DNA from: Bradyrhizobiaceae bacterium
Lineage (GTDB): Bacteria > Pseudomonadota > Alphaproteobacteria > Rhizobiales > Xanthobacteraceae
DNA length: 64,000 nt
Reading direction: 5' to 3'
Assembly: GCA_003963435.1 (NCBI GenBank)
Contig: RXJC01000024.1
Coordinates: 6,356 to 70,355, forward strand
The notes under the pieces were generated by a model. The model saw nothing but the letters and a program-made list of their open reading frames with translations. It searched no databases and had not been told where the DNA came from. Below are positions 7,882 through 18,104 of the stretch, in pieces (the first letter of the stretch is position 1; each line of letters begins with the position of its first letter). A program made the translations under genes and the position numbers.

Positions 7882-9843
7882 GTGGACTATCGCCCCGAAA
7901 TTGATGGCCTGAGAGCAATTGCCGTTCTCTCGGTTATTTTCTTCCACGCCGGATTTGACGCGATTCCGGGCGGCTATCTCGGCGTAGACATATTCTTCGT
8001 CATCAGCGGCTATCTGATCACTTCCATCATCAGCACCGAGATGGAGGACGGCAGATTTACGTTTGCAGCTTTTTACGAAAGGCGGGCCCGGAGGATATTG
8101 CCGGCACTCATCGTGGTTCTGCTCGCCTGCATCCCCTTCGTTCTCATCTCCATGCTTCCACGCGAGGTCACCGAATTCTCGAAAAGCGTGATCGCGGTAT
8201 GCGCGTTCGTGTCGAACGTGTTCTTCTGGGCGCAAAGTGGCTACTTTGACAGGGCGGCCGAACTGAAGCCGCTTTTGCATACGTGGAGCCTCGGGGTCGA
8301 AGAGCAATTCTACCTGCTCTTCCCCGTTGTCCTGATGGGCGCGTTGCGATTTGGTCGCAAGCGAGCGGGCGTGCTGATTGCCATGATCGCGGTCGCGAGC
8401 ATTGCCTATGCCCAATGGGGCCCTCAGACCAAGGAGACTACCTTCTATCTGATGCCGAGCCGTCTGTGGGAATTGCTCGTTGGCGCCCTTCTGGCCCTAT
8501 GGCCGGCGCCGAAATTGAGGGATCAACTGCCCAACGGCGCGCTCGACGTCCTCGCCATCATTGGTGTCGGACTGATCGGTTATGGCCTCCTGCGACACAG
8601 CGACGTTCGATACCCCGATCTGCGTGCTCTGCCCGCCGTACTCGGAGCTGGCCTCGTCATCGCATTCGCTGTCGCACGGACGACGGCCGGCAAGTTTCTC
8701 GGAAGCCGCATTCCCGTCGCCATCGGGCTCATCAGCTACAGCGCCTATCTATGGCATCAGCCGGTATTGGTTTTCGCCAGATTGAACGGCTTCGGCCGGC
8801 CGAATGTCGGCGTTGCCTTCTCCCTGACGGCGCTCTCTCTCGTGCTTGCCGCCTTGTCCTATCGCTTTGTCGAGCAGCCGGCCAGAGATCGCAAGCGGGT
8901 AAGACGACCGGTACTGGTCGCACTCTCTTTGCTTGGAGTGTCTTGCTTGGTCGGAGCCAGCAGCGTTGCAATCGCCACGAACGGATTCGAACAACAAGGG
9001 CTCTACTTCAGTAGCGACGATACCCGCCGTCTCTACGAATTGATCGAGCGTAACACCGCGAGCGATCTGATGAGAGACATGGGCACGGACGGCGACTGCG
9101 TGTTCTGGATGACCGAATTCGAGGCTGCCGCGTGGGGGCGTCTGATCGATTGTTCGAAAAGGTTTGGACCCGCGACCGTCATTCTTGGCGACTCCCATGG
9201 GATGAACATCTACAATGCGCTGTTCCGGAACGGCTATGGCAAGTTTGTCGTGGGCCTGGTTGGCCCTGGATGCCGACCTTGGGCCAGGGGTCCAGATTGT
9301 CCCTACGTGGGGTTCGACCAATTCATGAAGGCTCATCGAGAGACCGTCGGGACGATCATAGTGCATTTCTCGGGATCCCACCTCGTGGTCGACGAGCATG
9401 ACCGTCAAGAGCCCGCCGATGTGCTGAGATATGGAGGCAGGTACCACTTCAACGAACGTCCCATCGGCGCGACGATCGAGTATCTGGAAAGCATGTCCAA
9501 GACGACGAGAACAATCTGGCTCGGCCCGTTTCTCGAACCGAGAATTGACTTCCGCGACCTCGAAAGCATGAAACGTGTTGCGCGCGCAGGATTTCATCTT
9601 AATCCGGTGACGGTCGATATCCTTTCGGCGGTCGATCAGCACCTTCGCTCCGAAATTGGCGCGCAGCAAAGGGGTTTCCAATACATATCCTTCTCGGATG
9701 TCATCAACCAGGATGCAATCGGCCTGCGGACCGGTGAATGCCTGTTGTACCGAGATTTCGACCATCTCAGCGTCTGCGGAGAGAGCATCGTGGGAAAGAA
9801 CCTGAAGCCGATTCTGCTGAAATATACGTCCGCGGCGCATTGA
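7882..9843 (+). CDS. Acyltransferase-3 family O-acyltransferase with C-terminal SGNH domain (OafA/OatA-like)
   Basis: RPEIDGLRAIAV, GVDIFFVISGYLI, HTWSLGVEEQFY, SYSAYLWHQP. C-terminal GDSH and D.DHLS motifs. Confidence 0.92.
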   Translation: MDYRPEIDGLRAIAVLSVIFFHAGFDAIPGGYLGVDIFFVISGYLITSIISTEMEDGRFTFAAFYERRARRILPALIVVLLACIPFVLISMLPREVTEFSKSVIAVCAFVSNVFFWAQSGYFDRAAELKPLLHTWSLGVEEQFYLLFPVVLMGALRFGRKRAGVLIAMIAVASIAYAQWGPQTKETTFYLMPSRLWELLVGALLALWPAPKLRDQLPNGALDVLAIIGVGLIGYGLLRHSDVRYPDLRALPAVLGAGLVIAFAVARTTAGKFLGSRIPVAIGLISYSAYLWHQPVLVFARLNGFGRPNVGVAFSLTALSLVLAALSYRFVEQPARDRKRVRRPVLVALSLLGVSCLVGASSVAIATNGFEQQGLYFSSDDTRRLYELIERNTASDLMRDMGTDGDCVFWMTEFEAAAWGRLIDCSKRFGPATVILGDSHGMNIYNALFRNGYGKFVVGLVGPGCRPWARGPDCPYVGFDQFMKAHRETVGTIIVHFSGSHLVVDEHDRQEPADVLRYGGRYHFNERPIGATIEYLESMSKTTRTIWLGPFLEPRIDFRDLESMKRVARAGFHLNPVTVDILSAVDQHLRSEIGAQQRGFQYISFSDVINQDAIGLRTGECLLYRDFDHLSVCGESIVGKNLKPILLKYTSAAH

Positions 9844-9963
9844 TGCCGCGCGAACGAACCTGACGGTTCTTGTCGGATTCAGCGAGCTGACGTCCCTTCC
9901 AAAGGGAGAACACACAATCTAACTCGAGCCGCTCCCTTGGCGGCGCGCGGTCCCGGGCCGGTC

Positions 9964-11172
9964 TCAGCCGCGAGCGGACTGCTCCCCGGAGCTTCTTTCC
10001 AGCAATTTTCCGAGCGCTTCACTGGCCACGAAAGCGAGTCCCACCAGCGCTGGCACGATCAGGCGCGTCTCGGAAAAATCGGCGATCAAAAACACGAGTC
10101 CCAGATGGATGAATGCAGCGGGAACGACGACTGCGATCGCTCGAGTAAGGGCAAACGTCCTCACGATTGCTATCGCCAGCACCGGACTGGCGATAGCAAC
10201 GACAAGCTTCATGGCCAGAAGATTCCCGATGAGCTTGCTGAAGTTACCGCTGGCGACCGTGAATGACGAGAAATCCGCATCGGGACGCATCCAGATCAGC
10301 GTCTTGGGTACTGCCAATGAAATGCCGATCAGCAAGCCGAATACGCCCAATTCCCTCGGCGTTGGCCATCGACGTTCGAAAGCCGCGAGGCTCAAGATCG
10401 CAAAGGCCGAAGCAAACACGACGTCGGTTCGCGCGAAACTGATAATCAGTCCTGAAATGATCGCGGCTGGATATCGCCGTGAAGCCAGCAGGAAGAGCTG
10501 CCAGCACAGCCCGCCGGCGATAAAGACTGCGCCCATGCGTCCTGGAAAGATTGCGATCTGCGCGTAGAAGGCAAAGGTCAATAGACACAGCCACGCCGAA
10601 GTGGGCGAAAGAAGCAACGTCGCCAGCGCGAATACCGCGAGGAACGACAGGGAATCGAACATGTAGTTGACGACGATGTGGGTATAGTACGCCGCCCCGC
10701 CTCTTGTGTGGTCGTCGCCGAGGATCCCGACATAGGTCTCGGTGATCCTCGAGATCAGCGGCCGGATCAGGCCTTCGATCGCATTGGATCTGCCGAACTG
10801 AATCTCTCGATCAAGGCTGTATTGCGTTTGGTCCCGCAGCAGGTTGGCTTCGTGCGCGGTGATGGACAGCGCGAGGCAGCAGCTCACGAGCAGCCCGAGC
10901 GCGACTGGGTTGAAGAAGCTTCTTCTGACCTTGAACAGGAGCCACAGCGGAGCGAGGGCGACGACCACGACGAACGCTATTCCGGCATACCGCAGCAGAC
11001 CCGGGAGGTACCTGTCGGAGAGATTCACCCAGTACCAGGCGATGACCAGAATGTTCGAGACGACCCAGAATCCGAGCACCAGGCCGAGGGATGGGGTCTT
11101 CATGTGATCGTCGAACTTCAGCAGGCGGCCAAGTCCGCCAGACCACGACAGCATTGCCCCGCGCTCCGACAC
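9964..11172 (-). CDS. Hypothetical polytopic membrane protein
   Basis: 402-aa ORF with many hydrophobic segments. GGGAG RBS before GTG. Co-oriented with two upstream genes. Confidence 0.7.
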   Translation of the reverse strand: MSERGAMLSWSGGLGRLLKFDDHMKTPSLGLVLGFWVVSNILVIAWYWVNLSDRYLPGLLRYAGIAFVVVVALAPLWLLFKVRRSFFNPVALGLLVSCCLALSITAHEANLLRDQTQYSLDREIQFGRSNAIEGLIRPLISRITETYVGILGDDHTRGGAAYYTHIVVNYMFDSLSFLAVFALATLLLSPTSAWLCLLTFAFYAQIAIFPGRMGAVFIAGGLCWQLFLLASRRYPAAIISGLIISFARTDVVFASAFAILSLAAFERRWPTPRELGVFGLLIGISLAVPKTLIWMRPDADFSSFTVASGNFSKLIGNLLAMKLVVAIASPVLAIAIVRTFALTRAIAVVVPAAFIHLGLVFLIADFSETRLIVPALVGLAFVASEALGKLLERSSGEQSARG

Positions 11173-11185
11173 CCGATCTCCCTGA

Positions 11186-12109
11186 TCAATGCTGCAGAAT
11201 ACCGGCGAGATTCATGTGCGCGGGCCGCGAGTGCTCGATACCCAGCAACGTCCGCCGATTGTCGTTCGTGCGTTGCAAGTGCAAGCTCGCAAGCGTCATC
11301 CCGGTGCAGGTGGTGACCGTGGTTCCACGGCCGCCGAACGGTTTGAGAAAGTCGAACACGCGGCTGCCGAACATGTCGACGACCGACATCTCGCGCGCCC
11401 CGAGCGGCGGAATTTCGCCGAAATCGCCCTCGATCTGTTCGCCGTCCGCACGGATCAGCTTCGACGTCGGCCGCGCCGAATGGGCGTATTCAGGATCGGA
11501 GGAGTGATTGATCAGCATCACGCTGCTGACGATGTCGCTGGTCGCGATGATTTTCGGATTGATCCCGGTAAACCCGACATGCGCCTTGAGCCTGCCCTCG
11601 TTCAAGGGCCGGGCAAACGCGCCGGTGCGGTAGATCGCGACGTTGTCCTGGTCGACATACGTCATCGAATAGCTGGCAGGCGAGGAACGGAAGCCGTCCA
11701 TGCGCCCGCGCGACATCACGGCGACGACAAGATAGTCGTCCTGCGGCAGCTTGAGCGAGGCAAAAAGGCGCGACAGCTCGATCTCGACGGAGGCACCCGG
11801 CGCGTAGTCTTTCGGAAATTCGTAGGTCGCCCGATACTCGCCGTCGCGCGACAGGATGTGCAACCTGAACCTAAGCTTCTTGCTGAAGCCCGAGGCGACC
11901 AGGCTACCGAGCTCGGGAATGAGATCCTTGACCGTTTCACGAAAGTTCTTGCGCAGGCTGCCGGCAACGAGGCTGCGGAGATATTTGATGTCGACCGGGC
12001 GGTACCAGGCAGGGATCGAGAAACCCATCCGCGACTCGACACCCGCGAACGTCGGGAACATGAATCGGGGCTCGTAGGGCTTCCAGGGACTGGACGAGAA
12101 ACGTGTCAC
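11186..12109 (-). CDS. Hypothetical protein (paralogue of the upstream frameshifted gene)
   Basis: 307-aa protein-like ORF with 9-13 bp spacing to its neighbours. Shares an LxN..L...DG..EIxPxGA..S..DxF motif with 12119..12846. Confidence 0.7.
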   Translation of the reverse strand: MTRFSSSPWKPYEPRFMFPTFAGVESRMGFSIPAWYRPVDIKYLRSLVAGSLRKNFRETVKDLIPELGSLVASGFSKKLRFRLHILSRDGEYRATYEFPKDYAPGASVEIELSRLFASLKLPQDDYLVVAVMSRGRMDGFRSSPASYSMTYVDQDNVAIYRTGAFARPLNEGRLKAHVGFTGINPKIIATSDIVSSVMLINHSSDPEYAHSARPTSKLIRADGEQIEGDFGEIPPLGAREMSVVDMFGSRVFDFLKPFGGRGTTVTTCTGMTLASLHLQRTNDNRRTLLGIEHSRPAHMNLAGILQH

Positions 12110-12118
12110 GACGCGCCC

Positions 12119-12846
12119 CTAAAAATGATGCAAGCTGAACTTGCCGTTGGCAAATTCATAATAGCTGAACGGGCTGGCGATGTTGGTGCCCTTGAATTCC
12201 AGGGCGAAACCTTCGGCCGCGCCGATCAGCCGCTCGGCCTCGGGGAACAGGTCCAGCGTGCTGATGCGGGCCGCGCCCATCGGCGCGATCTCCGGCAGCG
12301 CGCGCTGCCCCAATTCCGTGCCGTCAAGCGCCACCAGCCGCGCCGTCCCGACCGAGGCGCCTTCGGACGCCATGCAGGAGTTCACGAGCACCACGCCGGA
12401 CTCTTTGAGGAAGCGTGGAGATAGGATTGCATCCAGGCGGACGTCGGGAACGGCGCGGCCGCAACAGGCTCGCGCTCGTGCGACAAGGTGATCGCACCGT
12501 GCTGCGAGTAGTATTGTGCGTAATAGCCGGTCGTCACCTTCCGTCCGGGACGAAGCTTGGTCTCGTGTTTCGGGACCAGCGCCATCGCGACCGTTCCCGA
12601 GATGCGGGGACACAGCTCCGACGTCTGCAATTGCAATTGTCCATTGACGCCGAGTTCCCTGTGGAAATATCCAGCCGGCTTGCCCGCTCCGTCGAAGAAC
12701 CAGACATGCGCGTCCACGTCCGGATGATCCGTCATGAAAACCGAGAAGTAGTTGAATGCGCAGACTTCCGTGGTGACGGTCGCGTCGTTGCGCAGATAGA
12801 GCACGGCGGGCGGATAGCCCCTTGCCACGGCCTCGCCAATCAGCAT
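12119..12846 (-). pseudogene. Hypothetical protein split by an apparent 1-bp frameshift near 12418 (pseudogene or sequencing error)
   Basis: One frame reads MLIGEAV...WMQSYL then stops shortly after. A second frame continues PRFLKESGVVLVNSC...FSLHHF to the stop at 12119. Adding one C at TATCTC^CACGC joins them. Confidence 0.7.
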
Positions 12847-13314
12847 TTCACCGGGCATTCGAAAAGACTCGGCGGGAGAGCAAGGGATCGGCACAGACCG
12901 AACCGGCCGGCGGCCTTACACAAATCTTCGATGTTCTTGCCCGCATGCCAAAACGTCGACGTGATTTCAGGCTTGTTTACGCTGAGCCGACGGGGGAATC
13001 AACCGGGAACGGCACCGCAGCGAATGCTGGAAAACAAGGGCGCCGGGCGCGCCGTCGTCCTGCGTGAGGGCAGCCGGTCTCTTGAGCCGCGCGCCGGCCG
13101 TCAAGATTGCAACCTGCCCCCGACACGACCGCCCGCTGCTCTGGAATCCTTGCATTGCCGCTGCGGCTCCCGTATGACCGAATTCGGCTACGTGACTTGG
13201 TATCCGCCTGAAACAGGCCGGAACATTGCCTTCCCTGGACCCGCACCGTGCTTCAACGATTGCTCTTCAGCGTCACTTCGATCGCGCCGACCATTCGGCC
13301 GGGGAAACGCTGAC

Positions 13315-14199
13315 GTGCGCTGGCAAACAAAGGCGCGAGCTTTCTCGGTTCTGTCGAATACCCCCTGGGGCGAAGACCTGCATTATGCGTTGCAGCGCTA
13401 CGTCACACGGCGGCTGCCGCGACCCGAGAAGCAGGTCAAATCCATCTACACCCTTGCCCAGCGGCTGCTGGCCGTCCACGAGACCTACAGCTTGCGGCCG
13501 CTGCAGGATTCGACTTGCTTCGAGTTCGGCGCCGGACGCGACCTGATCGTTCCGCTCGCTTTCAGCGCACACGGGGCGCAGCGCTTCATCACCGTCGATA
13601 TCGAACGCTTGGCCAAGCTGGAATTGGTCCGTTCCAATGCCGCCATCATTTCGCGCCTGAGCGGCGCTGACCATCCCGACGTGAAGTCCCTGGACGACCT
13701 CGAACGTTACTGGAGGATCGACTATCGCGCACCGGCAGACGCCCGGACGACGGGCCTGCCCGCCGGTTCGATCGACTGTGCGGTCTCCGTCGAAACGCTG
13801 GAGCACATCCCCAAGCGCGACATCGCGGCAATCCTGCAGGAGTTGCGGCGCATCATGCGTCCCGACGGCCTGGTCCTCATGCAAATCGACTATGGCGACC
13901 ATTTCAAAGGCTTCGACCCGTCGATCAGCGCATTCAACTTCCTGACCTATTCCGAGGAGGATTGGGCGCCATTCCAGTCGCGCTTCCAATACGTCAATCG
14001 TCTGCGCCACAGCGAGTATCTGCGGCTGTTCACGGAGGCCGGGTTTCAGTTGCTCATGGACCAACCTGACCGCCGTCCGCCGGAGCAGCCGATCCTGGAG
14101 CGACTGGCACCATGCTTCCGAGGCTTCTCAGAGGAGGACCTGTTTACGCAAGGCTCGTTGATCGTTTGCCGCCCAGCCGACCTGTCGAAAGCAAACTGA
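13315..14199 (+). CDS. Class I SAM-dependent methyltransferase
   Basis: FEFGAG, SIDCAVSVETLEHIP, RIMRPDG, IDYGDHF, YVNRLR. GTG start chosen within a longer ORF. Confidence 0.8.
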   Translation: MRWQTKARAFSVLSNTPWGEDLHYALQRYVTRRLPRPEKQVKSIYTLAQRLLAVHETYSLRPLQDSTCFEFGAGRDLIVPLAFSAHGAQRFITVDIERLAKLELVRSNAAIISRLSGADHPDVKSLDDLERYWRIDYRAPADARTTGLPAGSIDCAVSVETLEHIPKRDIAAILQELRRIMRPDGLVLMQIDYGDHFKGFDPSISAFNFLTYSEEDWAPFQSRFQYVNRLRHSEYLRLFTEAGFQLLMDQPDRRPPEQPILERLAPCFRGFSEEDLFTQGSLIVCRPADLSKAN

Positions 14200-14250
14200 C
14201 GATCGCCGTTTCCCGGTTGCTTGGCCGAAGCCCATTGTAGAGATTTCGCG

Positions 14251-16761
14251 ATGTGGACGACCACATTTGTCCTGACGTTCCTGTTCTTCCTGATACAGCT
14301 CGGCACCGGGTTTTCAATTCTGGCCATCGCCTCGACGAAGTTCGTCGAACTCTGCCGACTCACCAGGGCCCAGCTCGTCGTTCTCGGCTCGACCGTCGGC
14401 GCCTCGACAACGGGCATCCTTCTCGGAGTGCTATCGCTTCTCATCAGCGATATGCGACTTCAGCTCGCAGCCATTATTGCGTTGGCGAGCCTCGGGCTTG
14501 CCTGGTCGTGGCTCAACTGGCGTCCGGGCGCCGGCGAGATGCGGACGGCGGCCATTTGGTGCGTGCTGTCGCTACCGATCGCGCTCATCACATGGTGGTG
14601 GTCGTTCGGCGCATTTTCCAGCTTTCCCTATGCGGACATCGGCGCGGACGTTCACTGGATGAAGACCGCGCAGGAATACGCCGACGGCGGCGTCATCAAT
14701 CCCTACGCGGCCCAATCCTATGTCGACCTTCGCTCGGCGCTCGCAGGCGCCTTCGCTGGAACGCTCGGTCTGGATCTCCTGCGATTCAGCTGGACCTATC
14801 GCTTCTTCTCGATCCTGTTCTTCCTGTTGGCTTCCTACGCCTTCGTGCAAGGCTTCTATTCCACGTCTTCACGGCGATGGATCGCCTTCTTCTTCGCCGC
14901 AACCGGCAACCCCGTCGTCTTGATGACGAACGGCAGCCTGGCCGTCGCCAGCAGCGTCGTTTTTCTCGGCGTACTGATGGGCAATGCCGACCGGAAGGCG
15001 AACGGCGTGTCGGCGCGATCCGCCCTGCTGCTCGCCGGAGGCGCCGGTGCGATGCTGCTGGTCGCCTTCGCCGTCAACAACAATACGCTCATGCTCGCGC
15101 TGCTCGTGGCTGGGCTATTCCTGCTCAGGCTCCTCAGCAACACTGCAAGATATTCCTGGCCTCTGTTTCTCGGCTGCATCTGGCCTGCGACGCTGCTGCT
15201 CGCCCACCGCGGCTCCTACCTGTTCGTTCCAACCGTCCTGATCAGCTGGCTTCTGTATCTTGCCATCGTGCGGATGGTCTCCGCCTGGCCGTCGCCCAGC
15301 ATCGCGATCCTTCGATTTCTGTCCTTTGCCCTGCCACTGATCATCGCCGGAACGATCATCTGCGTCGCTGGAATGCGGTTCGGCTACATTCCGCCCGTCA
15401 GCGCCAACGACACGTTCTCCTCGATCACGGGACTGATCCTGGGCAGAAGGATCGAGGGCGGCGAAGAGCTGTTCCTGGGGTCCGGACCGCAGATTGCCAC
15501 CATCGAGCTCGGCCGGACATTGGGCCCGCTCTTCTCCGTCTGCATCGTGCTGGGCGTTGCGTGGTGGTGGATGACCCGACCTGTCCTTCGTGCTTCCTCG
15601 GGGACAATCGGACCACGAGCCGAAGGCTTCACCACACTGGTGTGGTCCTGGATCGCCGGATGCGGACTGAGCGTCGCCGTCCTCTCGGGCTTCCCTTTCC
15701 TTTATCGCACCAGCGCGATCATCGTGTCGCTGCTCACGATCACGGCCACTGAAACTTTTTGCCAATTGCTGGTCGACGTTACTCCGGTCTCGCGACACCG
15801 GAGGCCCCTGGTCGCGGTGGCGGTCACGCTGCTTGCGACCATTCTCGTGATTGCGATCTACGCATTTGCCTGGCGGCCCGGCCTGGCTTTCGCCGGTTAT
15901 CAGGCGTTCCTAAGGCCAACGGAGATCGCTGGCCTCGTGCTGCTGGCAGCGCTCGCATTGTTGACCCTGGCTCGATCGAGGCTGATTTCCATCTACAGTC
16001 TCGTGGGGGTCGTAGGGTTGGCGGTTGCCGTCGACAAGGCCGGCCTGTCCGGCATTCACAGAAACTACAGTTACGGCCCGCTCCCGGACCACGCCATGGT
16101 CGTTTCCCACTACAATGCCAGCGACCTCGAGGTTGCCCACTGGCTCCGTGCCAATCTGCGAAAAGGGATCCTCATTTCCGACCCCTATTCGCTGGGCATA
16201 ATTCAGGCCGTCACGGGCGCTCCCGCGGCCTACCTGTTCTCCAATCTGGACACGGTGAACGAAGCTGTCGCGCGGCGCACGAAAGCGGTCGTACGGGCAA
16301 TCCTACAGCCGATGGACGAAGGTCAGCGACTCGCAACCGCGTGCAGCCTGGTCGCGCCTCTGATCAGCGAGATCAATTCGGAAGCATTCTTCCAGATGGG
16401 CAGGGCCGATGCGTTGAGCGGATTGATGAAAGCCATCCGTGAATCCCAGACGCCTGCTCAGGAATCACCCCGGGGGTCTTCCGGCGAAATGGCCGCCGGA
16501 AGGCCCGAAATCACGAGTGAGGAAGCCAAGTCCGCGTTCCGCAACGTTCTGGAAGCGGGCGAGGATGATTGGAACCTCGTCGCGATCATCACCCCTCGCA
16601 CGATCGAATGGACACAGCTCGCGGCAGACCAGCGTCTCAGCTATTTCCCTCCCGCCGAGCCGATCGCCCCAGCTGTCACGGACGTGCTTCGCACCGGCCC
16701 GTTTCCGGTGCTATTCACCAGCAGTCAGACGGCCGTCCTTCGCATTCCCTGCTCTCGCTGA
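14251..16761 (+). CDS. Large polytopic membrane protein, possibly a GT-C-fold glycosyltransferase
   Basis: 836 aa with many TM segments. Loop motif GADVHW, then a soluble C-terminal domain beginning DLEVAHWLRANL..ILISDP. Confidence 0.6.
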   Translation: MWTTTFVLTFLFFLIQLGTGFSILAIASTKFVELCRLTRAQLVVLGSTVGASTTGILLGVLSLLISDMRLQLAAIIALASLGLAWSWLNWRPGAGEMRTAAIWCVLSLPIALITWWWSFGAFSSFPYADIGADVHWMKTAQEYADGGVINPYAAQSYVDLRSALAGAFAGTLGLDLLRFSWTYRFFSILFFLLASYAFVQGFYSTSSRRWIAFFFAATGNPVVLMTNGSLAVASSVVFLGVLMGNADRKANGVSARSALLLAGGAGAMLLVAFAVNNNTLMLALLVAGLFLLRLLSNTARYSWPLFLGCIWPATLLLAHRGSYLFVPTVLISWLLYLAIVRMVSAWPSPSIAILRFLSFALPLIIAGTIICVAGMRFGYIPPVSANDTFSSITGLILGRRIEGGEELFLGSGPQIATIELGRTLGPLFSVCIVLGVAWWWMTRPVLRASSGTIGPRAEGFTTLVWSWIAGCGLSVAVLSGFPFLYRTSAIIVSLLTITATETFCQLLVDVTPVSRHRRPLVAVAVTLLATILVIAIYAFAWRPGLAFAGYQAFLRPTEIAGLVLLAALALLTLARSRLISIYSLVGVVGLAVAVDKAGLSGIHRNYSYGPLPDHAMVVSHYNASDLEVAHWLRANLRKGILISDPYSLGIIQAVTGAPAAYLFSNLDTVNEAVARRTKAVVRAILQPMDEGQRLATACSLVAPLISEINSEAFFQMGRADALSGLMKAIRESQTPAQESPRGSSGEMAAGRPEITSEEAKSAFRNVLEAGEDDWNLVAIITPRTIEWTQLAADQRLSYFPPAEPIAPAVTDVLRTGPFPVLFTSSQTAVLRIPCSR

Positions 16762-16844
16762 TATGAAGGGGACCAGACATTGAACCTCGTATCATCGCAG
16801 GCAGGCGCTGAAGTCCGCCGCCCACGCCGTGAAAAAGGCATCTC

Positions 16845-18047
16845 ATGCTGAGACAGGCCGTGATCCTCGTCGGTGGACTGGGCACCCGGCTCGGTGAGCG
16901 CACCAAGCTGATTCCCAAGCCAATGCTCGACATCGGCGGACGACCGTTTCTCGACACGCTGATCGACGAACTCGTGCGCTACGGTGTGTTCGACGAAATT
17001 CTCCTGCTCGCGGGCCACAAGGCGGAGATCGTCGAGACGCACTACGCCGCCGCCGTCAGAGGGCAGACGCGGATCGTCGTGTCCCGCGAGACCGAGCCTC
17101 TCGGCACCGGCGGCGCGCTCGTGCATGCGCGCAACCTGCTGCACGATCGCTTCCTGCTGCTGAACGGCGATTCCCTATTCGACTTCAACCTGCTCGACCT
17201 GATCGCCCGCGCGCATGACGGTCGCGTTCACATGGCGTTGCGCGAGGGCGTCGTCGGGGATCGCTACGGCCGCGTCGTGCTCGACGGGGACACGGTGCGC
17301 GACTTCATCGCCCCAGGGGCAGGCGCGACGGGCCCCGTCAATGCCGGCATCTACGTCATCGACAAGTCAGTTCTCGACGACATCGCGACGCTGCCCGCCT
17401 CGCTCGAACAGGAGATCTTCCCCGGCCTCGCCAAGTCCGGTGCGCTGCGCGGCACGGCCTATCGCGGCTACTTCATCGACATCGGCATTCCCGACGATTT
17501 CGCCCGCGCCGATCGCGAATTGCGCCAGCAGCTGCGGCGGCCGGCCGTGTTCTTCGATCGCGACGGCGTGCTCAACCACGATTCAGGATACACGTTCGAG
17601 ACGCACAGGCTCGAATGGATCGAGGGAGCCCGCGAGGCGGTCAAGGCCGTGAACGATGCCGGCTACTTCGCCTTCGTCATCACCAATCAGTCCGGCGTCG
17701 CCCGCGGCTACTACGAGGAGCATCACGTCGTCACCCTGCACCGCTGGATGGCGGACCAGTTGGCGCTGATCGGTGCGCATATCGACGCATTCGAATACTG
17801 CCCCGATCACCCCGAGGGGACTGTCGCGCGCTACAGCCGTGTGAGCGATCGGCGCAAGCCGGCGCCGGGCATGATCACCGATCTCGCCAGCCGCTTCCCG
17901 ATCGACATGACGCGCAGCATGGTGATCGGTGACAAGGAAAGCGACATGGAGGCGGCTCGGGCAGCCGGCGTGGTGGGCCATCTGTTCGAAGGCGGGAATC
18001 TGGAGACGTTCGTGAAACAGCGCCTGAGCCCGCCAGACAAGGCTTAA
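16845..18047 (+). CDS. Bifunctional heptose-1-phosphate nucleotidyltransferase (HddC-like) / heptose-1,7-bisphosphate phosphatase (GmhB-like)
   Basis: GGLGTRL..PKPM, PLGTGGAL, FIDIGIP. C-terminal HAD motifs FFDRDGVLN, TNQSGVARG, RKPAPGM, IGDKESD. Confidence 0.88.
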   Translation: MLRQAVILVGGLGTRLGERTKLIPKPMLDIGGRPFLDTLIDELVRYGVFDEILLLAGHKAEIVETHYAAAVRGQTRIVVSRETEPLGTGGALVHARNLLHDRFLLLNGDSLFDFNLLDLIARAHDGRVHMALREGVVGDRYGRVVLDGDTVRDFIAPGAGATGPVNAGIYVIDKSVLDDIATLPASLEQEIFPGLAKSGALRGTAYRGYFIDIGIPDDFARADRELRQQLRRPAVFFDRDGVLNHDSGYTFETHRLEWIEGAREAVKAVNDAGYFAFVITNQSGVARGYYEEHHVVTLHRWMADQLALIGAHIDAFEYCPDHPEGTVARYSRVSDRRKPAPGMITDLASRFPIDMTRSMVIGDKESDMEAARAAGVVGHLFEGGNLETFVKQRLSPPDKA

Positions 18048-18104
18048 GGCGCCACGAAAACCGCTGCATCCCCGGGCATTTGGCGGCCTCCAGGCGCTGC
18101 TCTG

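Noticed and set aside
12415-13314. 300-aa N-terminal extension of the methyltransferase ORF
   Set aside because: It overlaps a minus-strand gene and a divergent intergenic region. Protein-like sequence starts at GTG 13315.
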